From positions 620,001 through 684,000 of the forward strand of contig MU004197.1 of assembly GCA_010093605.1 (NCBI GenBank): a stretch of 64,000 bases of DNA. Reading direction: 5' to 3'. How positions within the stretch are numbered: position 1 is the first letter of the stretch; each line of letters starts with the position of its first letter. Origin of the DNA: Lophium mytilinum (Eukaryota). Shown piece after piece: positions 23,141 through 36,450 of the stretch. The notes under the pieces are model-generated. The model had not been told where the DNA came from. It did no database searches and saw only the letters and a list, made by a program, of their open reading frames with translations. The translations under genes and the position numbers were made by a program.

Positions 23141-25516
23141 ATGACCTCTCGGAAAAGGCGCGCGCCCGGCGCTTCAACTCAGGTTCAACAACCCACCAAT
23201 CCCCAACCTACCACGTACCCCTCGAACCAAGACACCAACATGGCGGACCAATATGGCGGACTGAACTGGGAGGATCCGTCCTTGATAAACAACCTGGCGG
23301 CATCGTACGCTGACCCGGCACTGTACGATCCTAACATCTACAACACCACGAACGGCGTAGCGCAGAATGCTGCGACGGGTATATCGCAAGACCCGGCCTC
23401 ATATTCGGGACAGCTCGTGAAGCGGAACACGAATCAACAAGTGGCGGCGCGAGCGCGGACTCCTTGGGATGCTTTTCCTGGCGATGGCGGGGGACAGCAG
23501 CCTCCAGGGTGGGAGAACACAGACGACGATGAGGATTTGGAGGGTAAGGCGATGCTGGCGAAGAAAGATGCACAGTCAAAGCGCAAGCAGATACCACCTT
23601 TCGTGCAGAAGCTAAGCAGGTAGGCAGATCGTAGACCTTGGAAGTACTCGTATAACTGACTATTCACTAGTTTTCTGGATGAAAAGAAGAACACCAACCT
23701 TATACGGTGGTCAGACGATGGGAACTCCTTCATCGTGCTAGACGAGGATGAATTCGCGAGGACTCTAATACCTGAACTATTCAAGCATAACAACTATGCA
23801 TCGTTTGTGCGCCAATTGAATATGTACGGGTTCCACAAGAAGGTCGGACTTTCGGACAACTCTATGAAGGCTAGCGAAACGAAAGCCAAGGCACCGAGTG
23901 AATACTTTAACAAGTATTTCAAGCGGGGAAGGCCGGAACTGCTCTGGCTCATTCAAAAGCCAAAGAACCAGCCCGCAAACCCGAAGCGGAAACGAGACGA
24001 AGATAGCGCCAAGCAAGGCGATAGTGATGATGACGGCAGGAGATTCGGGACAGAGTCGATCGGCGTAACAAAACCTTACGCAGTGGATGACGGCGGAGGC
24101 GGTACTAATCCAGAGATGGCTATGATTCCCCGGACCGAGTATAACAGCCTCAAGCGGGAGGTTATGCAGCTCCAGCAGCAGCAGAAGGTCATTTCGAACG
24201 TTCTGAATAGGATACGTCAGCAAAACGATCAGCTATATCAGCAAGCTACCGCATTTCAGACCCTCCATGATCGACATGAAAACAGCATCAACGCCATTTT
24301 GACCTTTCTAGCTACCTTCTACAGCCGCAGTGTGGAAGGAAACAACGCTCCAAACATTGCGGAGATGTTTGCAAATGCTATTCCCCAGAATAATCAGACC
24401 CATGGCAACGTCGTTGATGTTGGCGATTACCCGGAACCTATGCCGAACAGATCTCCTCAGATGCATCGGATGGGAAAGCGACCACTGGCTTTACTTCCTG
24501 CTCCCACACCCAAGGAATCGGAATCCCCAGCAAGCCGGGCTGCCACCGTCAGTACCTCAGCAAGATCAACTGCAAGTCCAGCTGCTGCCAGACCGCAAGG
24601 AAGGCAGTCGGTGTTCAAATCTCCCCTCGTGCCTACTGGGAACGCCCAACAGGTATCAGGAAACACTGGAGACATGGGTGCTGCGTCCGGGCCACTACCA
24701 ATCAAGACTGACGCGGCATCGCCTACCGTCAACCAAATTCCAGAAAACAGTGAGATCATGTCAGCAATTCGCAACGCCAATGCGAACAGCGCCCAGAACA
24801 ATGCGAAGGGGCAGTACGACTTCGGCGCAGCTCTCAACCACTTCCAGAATGCCAATGGAGCGCTCCCTATGACTAATCAGGAACGAAACAACATGCTATC
24901 TTTGATGGTTTCCAACGCAAGCACAGCTTCTCCCAATAGCGGCATCGCTGATGGAAACAACGCGATGGTCAGCCCAGAGGCGCCCGCAATGCCGTCATTA
25001 GAACAAATGGCGGCGACGCAAGATCAGCTGGACTTCCTCCAGAAGATGTCAGAGCAGCAAAATTCAAGACTACAGAACGTGCAGGAGCGTCTACAACCTC
25101 TCAGTCCATCGGGCTCCATCCCTGGGCTTCACCAAGATGACTTCGGCTCTTACTTCAACCCAGGTCTAAACAACCTTGGGAACCCGAGCGATTTGAACCT
25201 GGACGATTCGTACATGGATTCTTTCATTCACTCGGACGACTTCATTCCCAACCAGCAGAATAACAGCAACGGTCTACCCGATTTCAAGTTTGATCTGCCT
25301 GACCCAGACACCATGGCCAATGATGATCTCTTCCAGAACGCGGATATGGGTAACGAGTACGGCAACGGAGCTGTGCAGCACAGCGGAGCTGGAGTTGACA
25401 ACAGTGGCAGGATCGAGAGTGTGAGCAGTACGGCGACGAGTCCTGCGAACACTGTCGAGGAGAATGGAGGGGATGATGCTGCGAGAAGCCCAAAGCGGAG
25501 GCGGCGAGCAAATTAG
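23141..25516 (+). CDS. HSF1: Heat shock transcription factor, exons 23141-23619 and 23671-25516, ~774 aa
   Basis: HSF DNA-binding domain (IPPFVQKL...IRWSDDGNSF...FKHNNYASFVRQLNMYGFHK); coiled-coil trimerisation region ending INAILTFLATFY; no receiver domain, so not SKN7. Confidence 0.95.
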
Positions 25517-26130
25517 GAAGGGGTTGGATATAGGGGATGTGGAGGTTGCGTTCAGCGTTCACGCAGGGTGGCAGTTCTATAACGAGCACCGTCCTCCTTA
25601 CACGACCGAAACGAATATTTATGATAAAAATTGGGCGGGCACATGGGCATGCTTGGTAGCCATGTTGGATGGCTCGCTGCTAGCGAAGGCGTTGTAGCTG
25701 CTGTATCTAGTAGATACCCTTTGGTCGCGAAATGTGATAGGAATTCGATCCTACAAGCAGATTGAAGATGTTTAAGATTCACGTGATTTATGAATTAGAG
25801 ACAAAGAACGAAATATTAAGTATTTAGAGCACAGGATCTACCTTAGTCTTGTACTACTTGCAAACGATAGTAATTTACCATGGTCCCCTCTAACGCTGCG
25901 TCATCGTAGCCTGAGAAAAAGAAGCTCTGACTTTTATCTATGAAAGGTCCGATAAGCATGGACGATATCGTAAATATCGCCAACCTCACCTCCCAAAACT
26001 TGCACACACCACCCACACGTCACCACCAACTCGACAGCTCTCAGACGCAAAGAGCGCACCCTCACACATATTTACTACTAAGATGGCTTGAAAACATCAC
26101 AACCCCCAAGCTACCATCACAGCCGTCGCA

Positions 26131-29100
26131 ATGGCCGACGACAACGACTCCCGCATGGCGGACAGCCGCCGCAGCAGCTTCGCCGCCAACGGCACCACCT
26201 CGCACCGCCGGCGCGTCAGCGGCCTCTACCGCCGCGGCTCCAACATGAGCGACGCCAGCTTCATGACAGACGTCGAGATGGCGCAAGAAGAGGTCAGCAG
26301 CATTCCTCTTACGCGCATGCCCGTAGCCTCAATACCTATCTCCAAATCCAAATCCACAATACCACCCCCTGCCCATTCAAAACGTGTGAAACCAAATTCG
26401 AAGGCGGCTGCGGATAGAGATTCGAAATCTAGGAACGATGAGCTGACACCACCCCCCGCGGTCCAGGTATTCGCGGGACCGATGTCTGAGAGCGTCCCCA
26501 CCAGCGTGTCGTCCTTTGCGCATCGGCGCCAGCGGTCGAGAGCGGATTCGACGGCGAGTTTTACGTATTATGATGAGGATCGGGATAGTGAGGAGGGGGT
26601 GGAAGAAGATGCAGTTGCGGAGGAGTATGGGGAGGTTGACGACGAGTTTGAATTTGAGGAATATGGATATGGGGACGACGAGAATGGGGAGGGCGATCTT
26701 GAAGCAGGTTTAATACAATCGCGGAGACCAAGTTCGAGAAGGAAGTCGTCAGGGTATTCGAGACGCAGTGTTGATGCGCCGCTTTTGAGAAGGAGGTCGG
26801 CGGAGAGTTCGGCGTCGGGGGACTGGAAGGGCGGGAGGGTCAGTCAGAAGATCTTTATTTTGACGGAGGATCTGACGATTGTGGTGGCGGGGTTTAAGAC
26901 GAGTGTTGCTGGGTTCGCGGTGTATACGGCGCTTTGCACGGTCACGCTGGGGCTGGCGTGGTTGCTGTTTCGGTGGCTGCCAAGGTGGAGAGTAAAAGTT
27001 ATTGGGACGCCGACGGCGCTTGGGGATGCGGACTGGGTGGTTGTGGAGAATCAATGGGGGGAGTTTGCGGTGCAAGATATCTCTAACCAGACGTATGGCC
27101 GGTCGTTGTCGACGGTGTTTGGTGATGAGGAAAAGGTGGTACCCATGGACTACGATGAGGATGATGATCCGGTCATCAAGCAGCTAAGAGCTCTGGATTA
27201 CCGGTATATTCGATTCTGCTATCACCCGTTGAAGGATAAGTTCGTACTCGCCAATACCTGGAAGGATCCCGCGTGGACCGACGTTAACGCCCTTCGCGAA
27301 GGCCTGGATAGCGAAGAACGGGATTATCGGGAAAGAGTATTTGGCAAGAATGCAATCGATCTCGAAGAGAAGTCGATCGGACAGCTCCTCGTAGATGAGG
27401 CATTCCATCCTTTCTACGTGTTCCAGATCGCCAGTCTGATTCTTTGGTCTTTGGACGAGTACTATTACTACGCCGCTTGCATTTTCATCATCTCCGTGGT
27501 CAGTATCGGTACCACGCTGGTGGAGACGAAGGCTACCATGAAACGGCTCCGGGAAGTTTCACGGTTCGAGTGCGATGTAAGAGTGCTTAGGAACGGCTTC
27601 TGGAGATATGTCGAGTCTAGCGAATTGGTCCCTGGTGATGTTTACGAAGTAACGGATCCGAGCCTGACACAACTACCCTGCGATAGTCTCTTGCTTTCTG
27701 GCGACTGCATAGTCAATGAGAGTATGCTTACTGGCGAATCTGTCCCAGTCTCCAAGTTTCCGGTGACCGACGAGGCTTTGGAACTGCTCAATCTGAGCGC
27801 ATCGACAATTCATCCTGAAGTGGCACGACACATGCTTTTCTCCGGAACCAAGATCATTCGAGCCAGGAGACCGCAGGAAGAAGGAAATGACGAGGCGGCA
27901 GCTCTAGCTATGGTGGTGAGGACCGGCTTCAACACTACCAAGGGTGCTTTGGTCCGATCTATGCTTTTCCCAAAGCCGTCCGGTTTCAAGTTCTACCGCG
28001 ACTCTTTCCGCTATATCTCGGTTATGGCAGGCATTGCATTCATTGGATTCATCGCCTCGTTCGTCAACTTCGTCAGGCTGGGGCTCGCACCTCATTTGAT
28101 TGTCGTCAGAGCACTGGACCTGATCACCATTGTCGTTCCACCTGCTCTTCCAGCCACACTTACGATTGGTACAAATTTTGCGCTTTCTCGTCTAAAAGGA
28201 AAGCAGATCTTCTGTATCAGCCCTCAGAGAGTCAATGTTGGTGGCAAATTGGATGTCATCTGCTTTGACAAGACTGGAACTTTGACCGAGGATGGCCTAG
28301 ATGTTCTGGGGGTTCGTGTTGCTCAACGACCGAATAACACTTTCAGCGACATTCTCACAGAAGCCCCAGACGTTGTTCCAGGCGCATCATACGAGCGGGA
28401 CCCCACGATCGACTACAGCATCAACAAGGGTATTCTTTACACGATGGCAACGTGCCACTCGCTTCGCATGATCGATGGTGAGCTGCTTGGTGATCCTCTA
28501 GACGTCAAGATGTTCGAGTTCACCGGATGGAACTACGAAGAAGGCGAGCAAAGGTCTGGCGGTGGCGGAGATGATGAAGACGACCACAAATTATCACCTT
28601 CGGTAGCCAGACCTCCTCCGGGAATGGAGTACGATATCGACGACGATCTGAATGATACGAATCGAAAACCAATTGAACTTGGTGTCTTGAAAATGTTCGA
28701 GTTCGTCTCCCAGCTGCGGCGAGCCAGTGTGGTGGTGCGTCAGTTTGGGTCGAAAAGCGGGAGTGTTTATGTCAAAGGCGCTCCTGAGTGCATGAAAGAT
28801 ATTTGCCGTCCGGAGAGCTTCCCATCGGATTACGAGGACCTTCTCGCCTACTACACTCACAGAGGGTTTCGCGTCATTGCGTGCGCTACTAAGACGATTC
28901 CCAAACTCAATTGGGTCAAGGTCCAGAAAATGAAAAGAGATGAGGCGGAGTCTGGTCTTGACTTCATGGGCTTCATCATCTTTGAGAACAAGCTCAAGCC
29001 TAGCACGACTGGGGTCATTGACGAGCTAGAGAGAGCTGGCATTCGCAAAGTGATGTGCACAGGCGACAATATCCTAACCGCTATCAGCGTTGCCAGGGAA

Positions 29101-30406
29101 TGCAACCTCATCGACAAAACAGCTCACTGCTTCGTTCCTCATTTCGAAGAGGGCGACTCTCGAACGGCCCTGTCTCGCCTGAGCTGGGAAAGCGTGGACA
29201 ATCCTATCTACAAACTCGACGAGAACACGCTCAAGCCTCTTCCTCCGCCAGCTGAAGGCGACGCTTCGCTTCCATACGATATTTCAAACCTCCGCAACTA
29301 CTCAGTCGCGGTCAGCGGTGACGTATTCCGTTGGATCATTGACTTTGCTTCCGAAAAGGTTCTTCGAGAGATGCTCGTATGCGGCCAAGTATTTGCCCGC
29401 ATGTCTCCAGACGAGAAGCACGAGCTGGTTGAGAAGCTCCAGAGCATCGACTACTGCTGCGGCTTCTGCGGCGATGGTGCTAACGACTGCGGCGCTCTCA
29501 AAGCTGCAGACGTCGGCATCTCTCTCTCTGAAGCGGAAGCGTCTGTCGCTGCTCCCTTCACTAGCCGCGTGTTCGACATTTCTTGCGTTCCTGAAGTCAT
29601 TCGAGAGGGTCGTGCGGCACTGGTAACCAGCTTCAGCTGCTTCAAGTACATGAGTTTATACTCGGCCATCCAGTTCACATCTGTCAGCTTCTTGTACGCC
29701 TCGGCCTCCAATCTCGGAGACTTCCAGTTCTTGTTCATAGATCTCCTCCTGATCCTCCCCATCGCCATCTTCAGTAAGTCCCTTGTCCACCTCCATCCCA
29801 CGTAACTAACCACCATCAGTGGGCTGGTCCGGTCCCTATCCCACCCTCTCCCGCAAACGCCCCACCGCAAGCCTAGTCTCCCGCAAAGTCCTAACTCCCC
29901 TCCTCGGCCAAATCGCCATCTGCATCCTCATTCAGGCCATCGGCTTCCAGTATGTGCAGCGCCAACCCTGGTTCGTGCCGCCTGTCGTGGACAAGAACAA
30001 GTCAAACTCGCACAACTCCGAAAACACCACCCTCTTCCTCGTCTCCTGCTACCAGTACATCCTCTCCGCCGTCGTGCTTAGCGTCGGCCCCCCATTCCGG
30101 CAGAGTATGGGACAGAATCTGCCCTTCGTGATTACGATGGTCGTCACGCTGCTGGTGGCTACGTACATGCTCTTCGATCCTGCGCACTGGCTGTACAAGC
30201 TTATGGATCTCACGAAGATGGATATGGGGTTCAAGCTCTTTATTTTGGTGCTTGCGGCAGGCGGGTTTACAATTAGCTATACGGCTGAGAAGTATTTGCT
30301 ACCGCGGCTGGCAAGTGGGATAGGCAGGTTTACGGTGTGGCTGAGGCCGCAGTGGAGGAAGAAGAGGAAGGAGTATAAGGTCGTGCTGGAGAGTATGAGC
30401 AGTTGA
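26131..30406 (+). CDS. YPK9: P5B-type ATPase (Ypk9/ATP13A2-like), exons 26131-26292, 26467-29773, 29820-30406, ~1351 aa
   Basis: LTGES, PPALP (P5B signature), DKTGTLT, KGAPE, TGDN and GDGANDCG motifs. Confidence 0.95.
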
Positions 30407-30863
30407 GGGCGCCTTGGTGGGTCCTGAGGCGTGGCAAAACGATGACTGGGTTGAGGCGATGTTGGGCGCCGTGTCAAAACGCTGGGGTGTGATCCGAACC
30501 TGATGGATCCTGTAGCAATATTGCCGAAGAACAGCGATTTGAGTGCCGTGTGTGAATATAGGTGTGTACATAGGGGTCTTAGAGGTCTCGAATAGATGAG
30601 TTGTGTGACATTTATGGTCTCGTTTGCTCCCGGTTTAGGGTTTGGGGGAGGTGTGATGTGGCGAAGAGATACTTTAGAGGGATGAGGTAAGACATGGAGG
30701 TGTTGGAGCTTGGACCGGAGTGATTTTTGGTTCGTTCTGACTTGTTGGTTGGCTTGTTGCGGCACCTCGGACGATGCTACGCAGCTAGGTCTCATTTCAG
30801 ATTCATGGTCTAGTCTAGTCTACGTCTTTTCACCTCCATACTTGACACTTCCTCCAGCCTACA

Positions 30864-32221
30864 ATGGCGCTACGTATCGGGCAAACGCTTCGTGGAGCTA
30901 GGTGGGACTACCTCCTAGTTGAGTCTCTCGGCAGCCGCACCGTGAGATCCAGTGTCTTCAAGGCGGAGATCATATCGCGATCTCAATCTCAGCTCCCAGG
31001 CAAATGGTATGTCTGCCAGATGAGGCGTATGTAGAGCGACCTGCTAATGCCATTCCAGGGCTGTTATCAAGACGACCTCTCCACCCTCACACACGTCGCT
31101 ACCAAACACTCAATATACCATCCGCCCGCCGGCTCCCGGAGAATCAGGTTCCGTCATAGAATGGAATTTCAACTATGTGCCTGAAGTCTCAGAGAAGCAG
31201 ATCTTGAATATGCTGAAAAACGAACACGCTCGTCACATGAATCCTGTCATTCGCTCGTCTCGTCACTTCCGAGCGATGTACGAAGCCGTCGATATTCAAG
31301 ATATCTCGACGAAAGAGGATTCGTTATGCCTGGCCTATGAATGGATGGATTGCACTCTCAAGGATGTGTCTTCTGGATCTCACCTTAAAAGTTCTGCGTT
31401 GCACAAGAACATTTCCGAGGCGGTTCTGGGGGCACTTGCTGAATTGAAGTCGCAGCAACTAGCTCATACAGGTATGCTTATTCTCAAAACTATATGCTTC
31501 CACACATACTAAGCAAGTCAGACATCAAAAACGACAACATCCTCATCTCTGACCTGCACGGACCCTCTCCAGTAGTGAAACTGGGGGACTTGGGACTAGG
31601 TATTTGTCATTTCCGGTTCAGTGAGCGAATATGCTAACGCTATATAGTGCGGCCAGAGGGTTTCAACCGCTTTCCTATTCAGCCAATTGCTATGCGCGCT
31701 CCTGAGGTCTGGTCAGGAATAGGTTGCTTTCATTCCTCTGACGTATGGGCCCTTGCGGTCACGGTTAGCCGCTCTACCTCTTTTGCTCGTGTATCGACTA
31801 ACGGTGAAAGCTGTTCGATTGGCTTTCCCCCCGTGTCTTCGGCGCTCATGACATGCCCGAAGGCCACTGGCCACATCCATGGGCGATGGCGAAGCTGTTG
31901 CGGCTCTTTCCTGGTTCAGTGCAAGCTCACCCAACCGATCCCGACTACCAAGGCTACTTCGAGATTGCCGAGCTGATTCAGAAGTCGGGATGTGGTGATA
32001 ATACAGACCCGAAGTGTTTCGAAATAGGTTCGTTTGAGGAGGAGCTTGGGAAGCTGGATATCTCGCCACCCCTAGCGGACTTCTTGCGTTACCTGCTCGT
32101 CGTCGATTACAAGCGGAGACCGACGGCTTCGGATGCGCTGAAGTCGCAGCAGCTTCAGCGTCTTGGCGAGGGGGTTTGGCCTCGTTGCCATGACGCAGCC
32201 ATAGATCAGGTAGGAGCATGA
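30864..32221 (+). CDS. Ser/Thr protein kinase, 5 exons (30864-31006, 31059-31471, 31522-31599, 31648-31763, 31811-32221), ~386 aa
   Basis: Spliced model gives AVIK, HTDIKNDN, KLGDLG, RAPEVW, DVWALA and KRRPTA kinase subdomains in order. Confidence 0.88.
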
Positions 32222-33689
32222 GTAGCTTACTACTCTCTGTATTCCACTGCTTTGGCGTACTTTCAGCTGCTCGATGGCACTGGCAGGGGTAGCCCCATTT
32301 ATAAGTATCGGGTCAGTCAAGACTCTCCCTACTCTCAACTCTACACTTTACATCGCATCTGCATTTTTGAAAGACTATGGGTGCATCCTAAGAGGTGGTA
32401 AACAAATAAATGAACACCCTCGTTGTGAAGCAGTACACGAGGCGGTCGTATGAAGCTATTTAATGTAAACTCGAATCACGCAATCACTATAATGCTCCAA
32501 ACATCCAACGCCCAGGTCCGCCGGAACCGTCAACCACGCCCACATCGCAGCAGCTATCCAAATATATGGTGGGGACCGAAATCTCTTTATAGTCCGGTAT
32601 GATGAGTATTCGACATGATATGGAGGCAAAGGGGGGTTCAACCTTTCGACGTACTTAATGTGACGGTGCAGAGATAAGTCAATATCATCCTCGCGATGGG
32701 GCTGACCCTGAAAGTGGTATCCAGCATGCAAGAGTGACACTTATACGGTGATATTTGTGTTCCCAAACTTATAGCCTGATCCTGTGTAAACCTCACTCCC
32801 TTCCTAGACGGTACTATGAGTAGAAGCAGAAAATTAGAGGGAATGAATGTAAAAGGAGATGGGACTAGGACGACATTGGCTCTAGAAGATTGTTCTTTAC
32901 ATAAGTATACATATAGCTAACTCTTCCGTTTCCTATCTTTAGGCGGACCAATTTTCCTTAAAGAGGGGCCCCTTCGTGACCAGATCACCTCTATCTAAGC
33001 AAAACCGCCAGAAGTTCAACAAAGGCAGGATAATGACATATATCCAATCGGCACCAAATCATAAGAACCAGGTGAAATGTCACCGCCCTCTTCTATCACC
33101 TATTCTGCCGCCAAGGCGCTAGCCCGCTGATTTGGCTACGGCTCCTAGGTACAAAACGGCTGCCTCGCCCACCTCAACGAAGACTTTTCACCAACTTTCT
33201 TTTCAAACCTTCCTCTGCTCCTTGCTTCTCTCTCACTTTTTCTTGTCACGCTTTCCGCCTTTTCTTGTGGCGCTTCCGTCCCTTTCCTTTCTATCTATCT
33301 ATTCATTCTCTCTTCACCTCCAACTCCCTCGCCAACCGCACCTCGCCGACTGCACCTCACCAACCGACTTCTCGAGCCATCAGGGCACAAGGAGCTTCCT
33401 AACTGGTTAACCTGGGTGTCATCAAATCAATTGGGCACGCAGGGCTCGCGTTCCGGACAATCGAAGTGGCCAGGACGGGCGCCCAGGGAGCGGTTTCCCT
33501 ACCCACATGTTGTCACTACCCACATGTTGGACAAGGGGGCCTGGAAAATGGCAGCCGAATCCCATCACTAGGGAAACCTAGATAGGGCGCTTCGAGTGGG
33601 CTGGGGGAGTCTCCGTCAGCGGTCTGGGTCTCTGGCCTGTACTGAATCTGGCGGTTTAACATGAGTGTCAAATCAATTGGGCATTTCTG

Positions 33690-34064
33690 ACGTGGATGGT
33701 GGTCGATGGGGTGGATGTGGGTTTTTCGACGCAGGCGGTACCGAGACCGTAGGACGACAAATGGACAGATACTGGCAGGGCAGGCTGCTTCCATCAGGAA
33801 GAGGAGGATCATGAGCAATTGTGACATGGATGGTGGCCAATGGGGTGGATGAAGGGTTCTCGACGCAGGCGGTACTAAGACCATAGGACGACAAATACTA
33901 GCAGGACAGGCTGCTTCCAGCAGGAAGAGGAGGATCATGAGCAATTGTGACATGGATGATGGCCGATGGGGTGGACGAGGGTTTCTCGACGCAGGCGGTA
34001 CCAAGACCGTAGGACGACAAAGGAGCAGATACTGGCAGGGCAGGCTGCTTCCATTAGAAAGAGG
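33690..34064. repeat. Tandem array, ~3 copies of a 126-134 bp unit
   Basis: Copies start at 33694, 33828 and 33954 and share TCGACGCAGGCGGTAC, TAGGACGACAAA and CAGGCTGCTTCCA. Confidence 0.95.
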
Positions 34065-34640
34065 GGGCATTGGTTGTCCAGCTTTATGCTGGAGACTGAA
34101 GTCTCCTCCGGATGAGCTCCGGGACTCTGTAGAGATGTAGTCAGATATAATATCTTAGATCGAAGTCTCTCAAGCAATTCATACTAAGAACCTTTCGCCT
34201 TTAAGAAACCATAGATAGAGAAGAGCTATTACAGTGTTAGAACAAAGGTCTGTATACTCCTTCCTAACGTCTCTTCTGAATTCTTTGAATATGGAGAGCC
34301 ACTCAGGCAACCAACGGCAACATAGGCTTTAAATCTCGCTTTCATTTACGCTGCCTGGTTTAGTACATCAATTCTCAATTCCCTCTACAATGAACCAGCA
34401 TACCTCACACAGTAGCAAGCAAATACGAACAGACTCTTGTCCAGGTATCGCAATACCAGAACCTTTCTTCTTCAGACCCCCGTACAAGGCGAGCTTTCCA
34501 ATGAAAAATTAAAAGTGTCAGTCACCTCCAGCCAAAGCTGCGAGTAACACCATCCCTTTGCCCGAAGACAAGGCACGAAGGGCAGGCCGTTACGCAGCGT
34601 GGGCAGTAATCCGGCCGCTTGATTTCGAGGGCCTGGATAG

Positions 34641-34702
34641 GATTGGATTGAGACGGTTACCGTTGAGATTTGATTGGATTAAGACAGTTGACTTTAAGAT
34701 TG
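34641..34702. repeat. Tandem duplication of a 31-bp unit
   Basis: GATTGGATTGAGACGGTTACCGTTGAGATT versus GATTGGATTAAGACAGTTGACTTTAAGATT. Confidence 0.75.
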
Positions 34703-34815
34703 ATTGATATAGGTTTGCGCATGTTTATACCACTACTTGGGGTGCACATGCAGGAGTTTGATCCTCTAAATGCAATGTAACGGTCAACGCAGCAGAGATC
34801 AGGCTGCGCTTTGGT

Positions 34816-35010
34816 TGGCTGAACACTTGCTGGCTAATCCACCCTCCACGGTGGTAACGATCGATCAAGAGTCGAGTCCGTGGCTGAACGCCTGCTGACT
34901 GGGCCACCCTTCACAGTAGTGCTGAGCGGTCAAGAACAGAACCTGTGGTTGACAGCTTGCTGGTTGGGCTACCCTCCACGGTGGTGTGGAGAGATCAAGA
35001 GTGAAACATA
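34816..35010. repeat. Tandem array, 3 diverged copies of a 65-bp unit
   Basis: ACCCT(C/T)CAC anchors at 34841, 34906 and 34971; each copy contains TGCTG and TCAAGA. Confidence 0.85.
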
Positions 35011-35159
35011 TTGAGTGCTATATCCGGCTTCCCAAGCTTGTGTCCTAGTAATGTAGTACAAGGGAACTTGTCGCGGAAAAAGGAGCTGTAGGCCGTGTAC
35101 TTGATGTATCAAAAGATAACGATAATAATAAAAGAGAAGGATAGGCTAAATACAAGGAA

Positions 35160-35790
35160 CGAGACTCGTGCTGTTAGTTGGGTAGTGTAGGAAATCAGGG
35201 TGTTTCGAGAAGGGACTTGGTGAGGTCCCGATTCTTGGTTCCCTGCTTTCAACATTGAAGCTGATTGCCTAGCAGTACGTTGGGCCACCTCAAACGCTGG
35301 TACACGGGCTTTAAATGGATGAGTGCTGTGGCCTAAATTAGACGAGATAGCAGAATTTTAGTGTTTCAAGCAAGGATTAGAAGAGTTGTAATTCTCGGGT
35401 GCTCGCTTTTGATATCGAAGCTGAGTATCGGGCAGTAGGCTGGGCCCCTTCAGACGGCACTATTCCGGGTGCAAACGAACGAGTGTCATGCTGCTAAGTT
35501 ATTGGGCTAGTGGATATATGGTGTTTCGAGCACTGATCCATTAAGGGTTTGATTCTTGGGTACTTGCTTTGGACATCAAAGCTAATTGTTAAGCAGTACG
35601 TTAAGCCACTTCAGGCGGTACTACTACGTGAGCAAATAAATGAGATCCACGCCTCTAAATAGACGATTTACCAGAAGCTTGATTTTTCGAGCGCGGATCT
35701 GGCACGGTCTTCGTTCTTGGGTGCTTGCTTTCGACATCGAAGCTGATCGCCACTTAGCATGTTGAGCCACTTCAGACGGTATCATTCGAA
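35160..35790. repeat. Diverged 160-bp tandem array (4 copies) with a 320-bp higher-order period
   Basis: TTCTYGG...GCTTT...AAGCT anchors at 35231, 35391, 35552 and 35712. Confidence 0.85.
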
Positions 35791-35969
35791 GCGCAATTTC
35801 GTACCTACCATAGCCCTACCGCTGCTCCTTAACAGAAGTGAAACTACCAGATTAAACTCAGTGCACGAGTACTGCTTTGGGAGGTCTTGGCAATATCGAT
35901 TAACTTAATCCAAAGGACTGTAAATTAGTTTTTCCCGCGGAGCTTCCAGGGTGAATGGATATATAGTAC

Positions 35970-36450
35970 TAGGCCATAAGTCTAGGCACATCTAAATGCG
36001 ACTGCTCCATTCTCGGTTCTGCTCTATCGACACCACTGTAAGGGGTGCCCCGGGTGGGATGTCTCTAGTAAACCAAATAGCAGTGTAATTTCCACTGCGT
36101 GGACCAATATATTGTATTTAGAGGTAGCGTGCCAGCTTCTAAGTTTGCGCACATCTATACACAACCGCTCTGTATTCGCTCCTACTCTATCAACACTACT
36201 ATAAGGGATTTCCCAGGTACGATGTCCCTAGTTAACTAGATAGTAGTGTTATCTCCACTACGGTAACCCATTACATTGTATTTAGAGTTCGCGTGCCAGG
36301 TTATAAGTTTAGGAACAGGAGCATAACACTGCTCCGGCTTCACTCTTGCGTACTCGACACTACTGCAAGGAGCACCCCAGCTGTGGGGTAATGGCTAGAT
36401 CAAAAGGTAGTCTGATCTCTACGGTGTTAATTACCACATCGTATGCAAAG
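35970..36450. repeat. Diverged ~163-bp tandem array (~3 copies)
   Basis: ATTGTATTTAGAG at 36111 and 36275; CRACACYACT...AAGG at 36028, 36191 and 36355. Confidence 0.85.

Noticed and set aside
33516..34177. Minus-strand ORFs with repeated Cys-containing peptides
   Set aside because: A 134-bp unit shifts the frame between copies; the ORFs are by-products of the array.
33690..36450. CRISPR-like array interpretation of the regularly spaced repeats
   Set aside because: Eukaryotic context, no cas genes, and the intervening sequences are themselves homologous rather than unique spacers.
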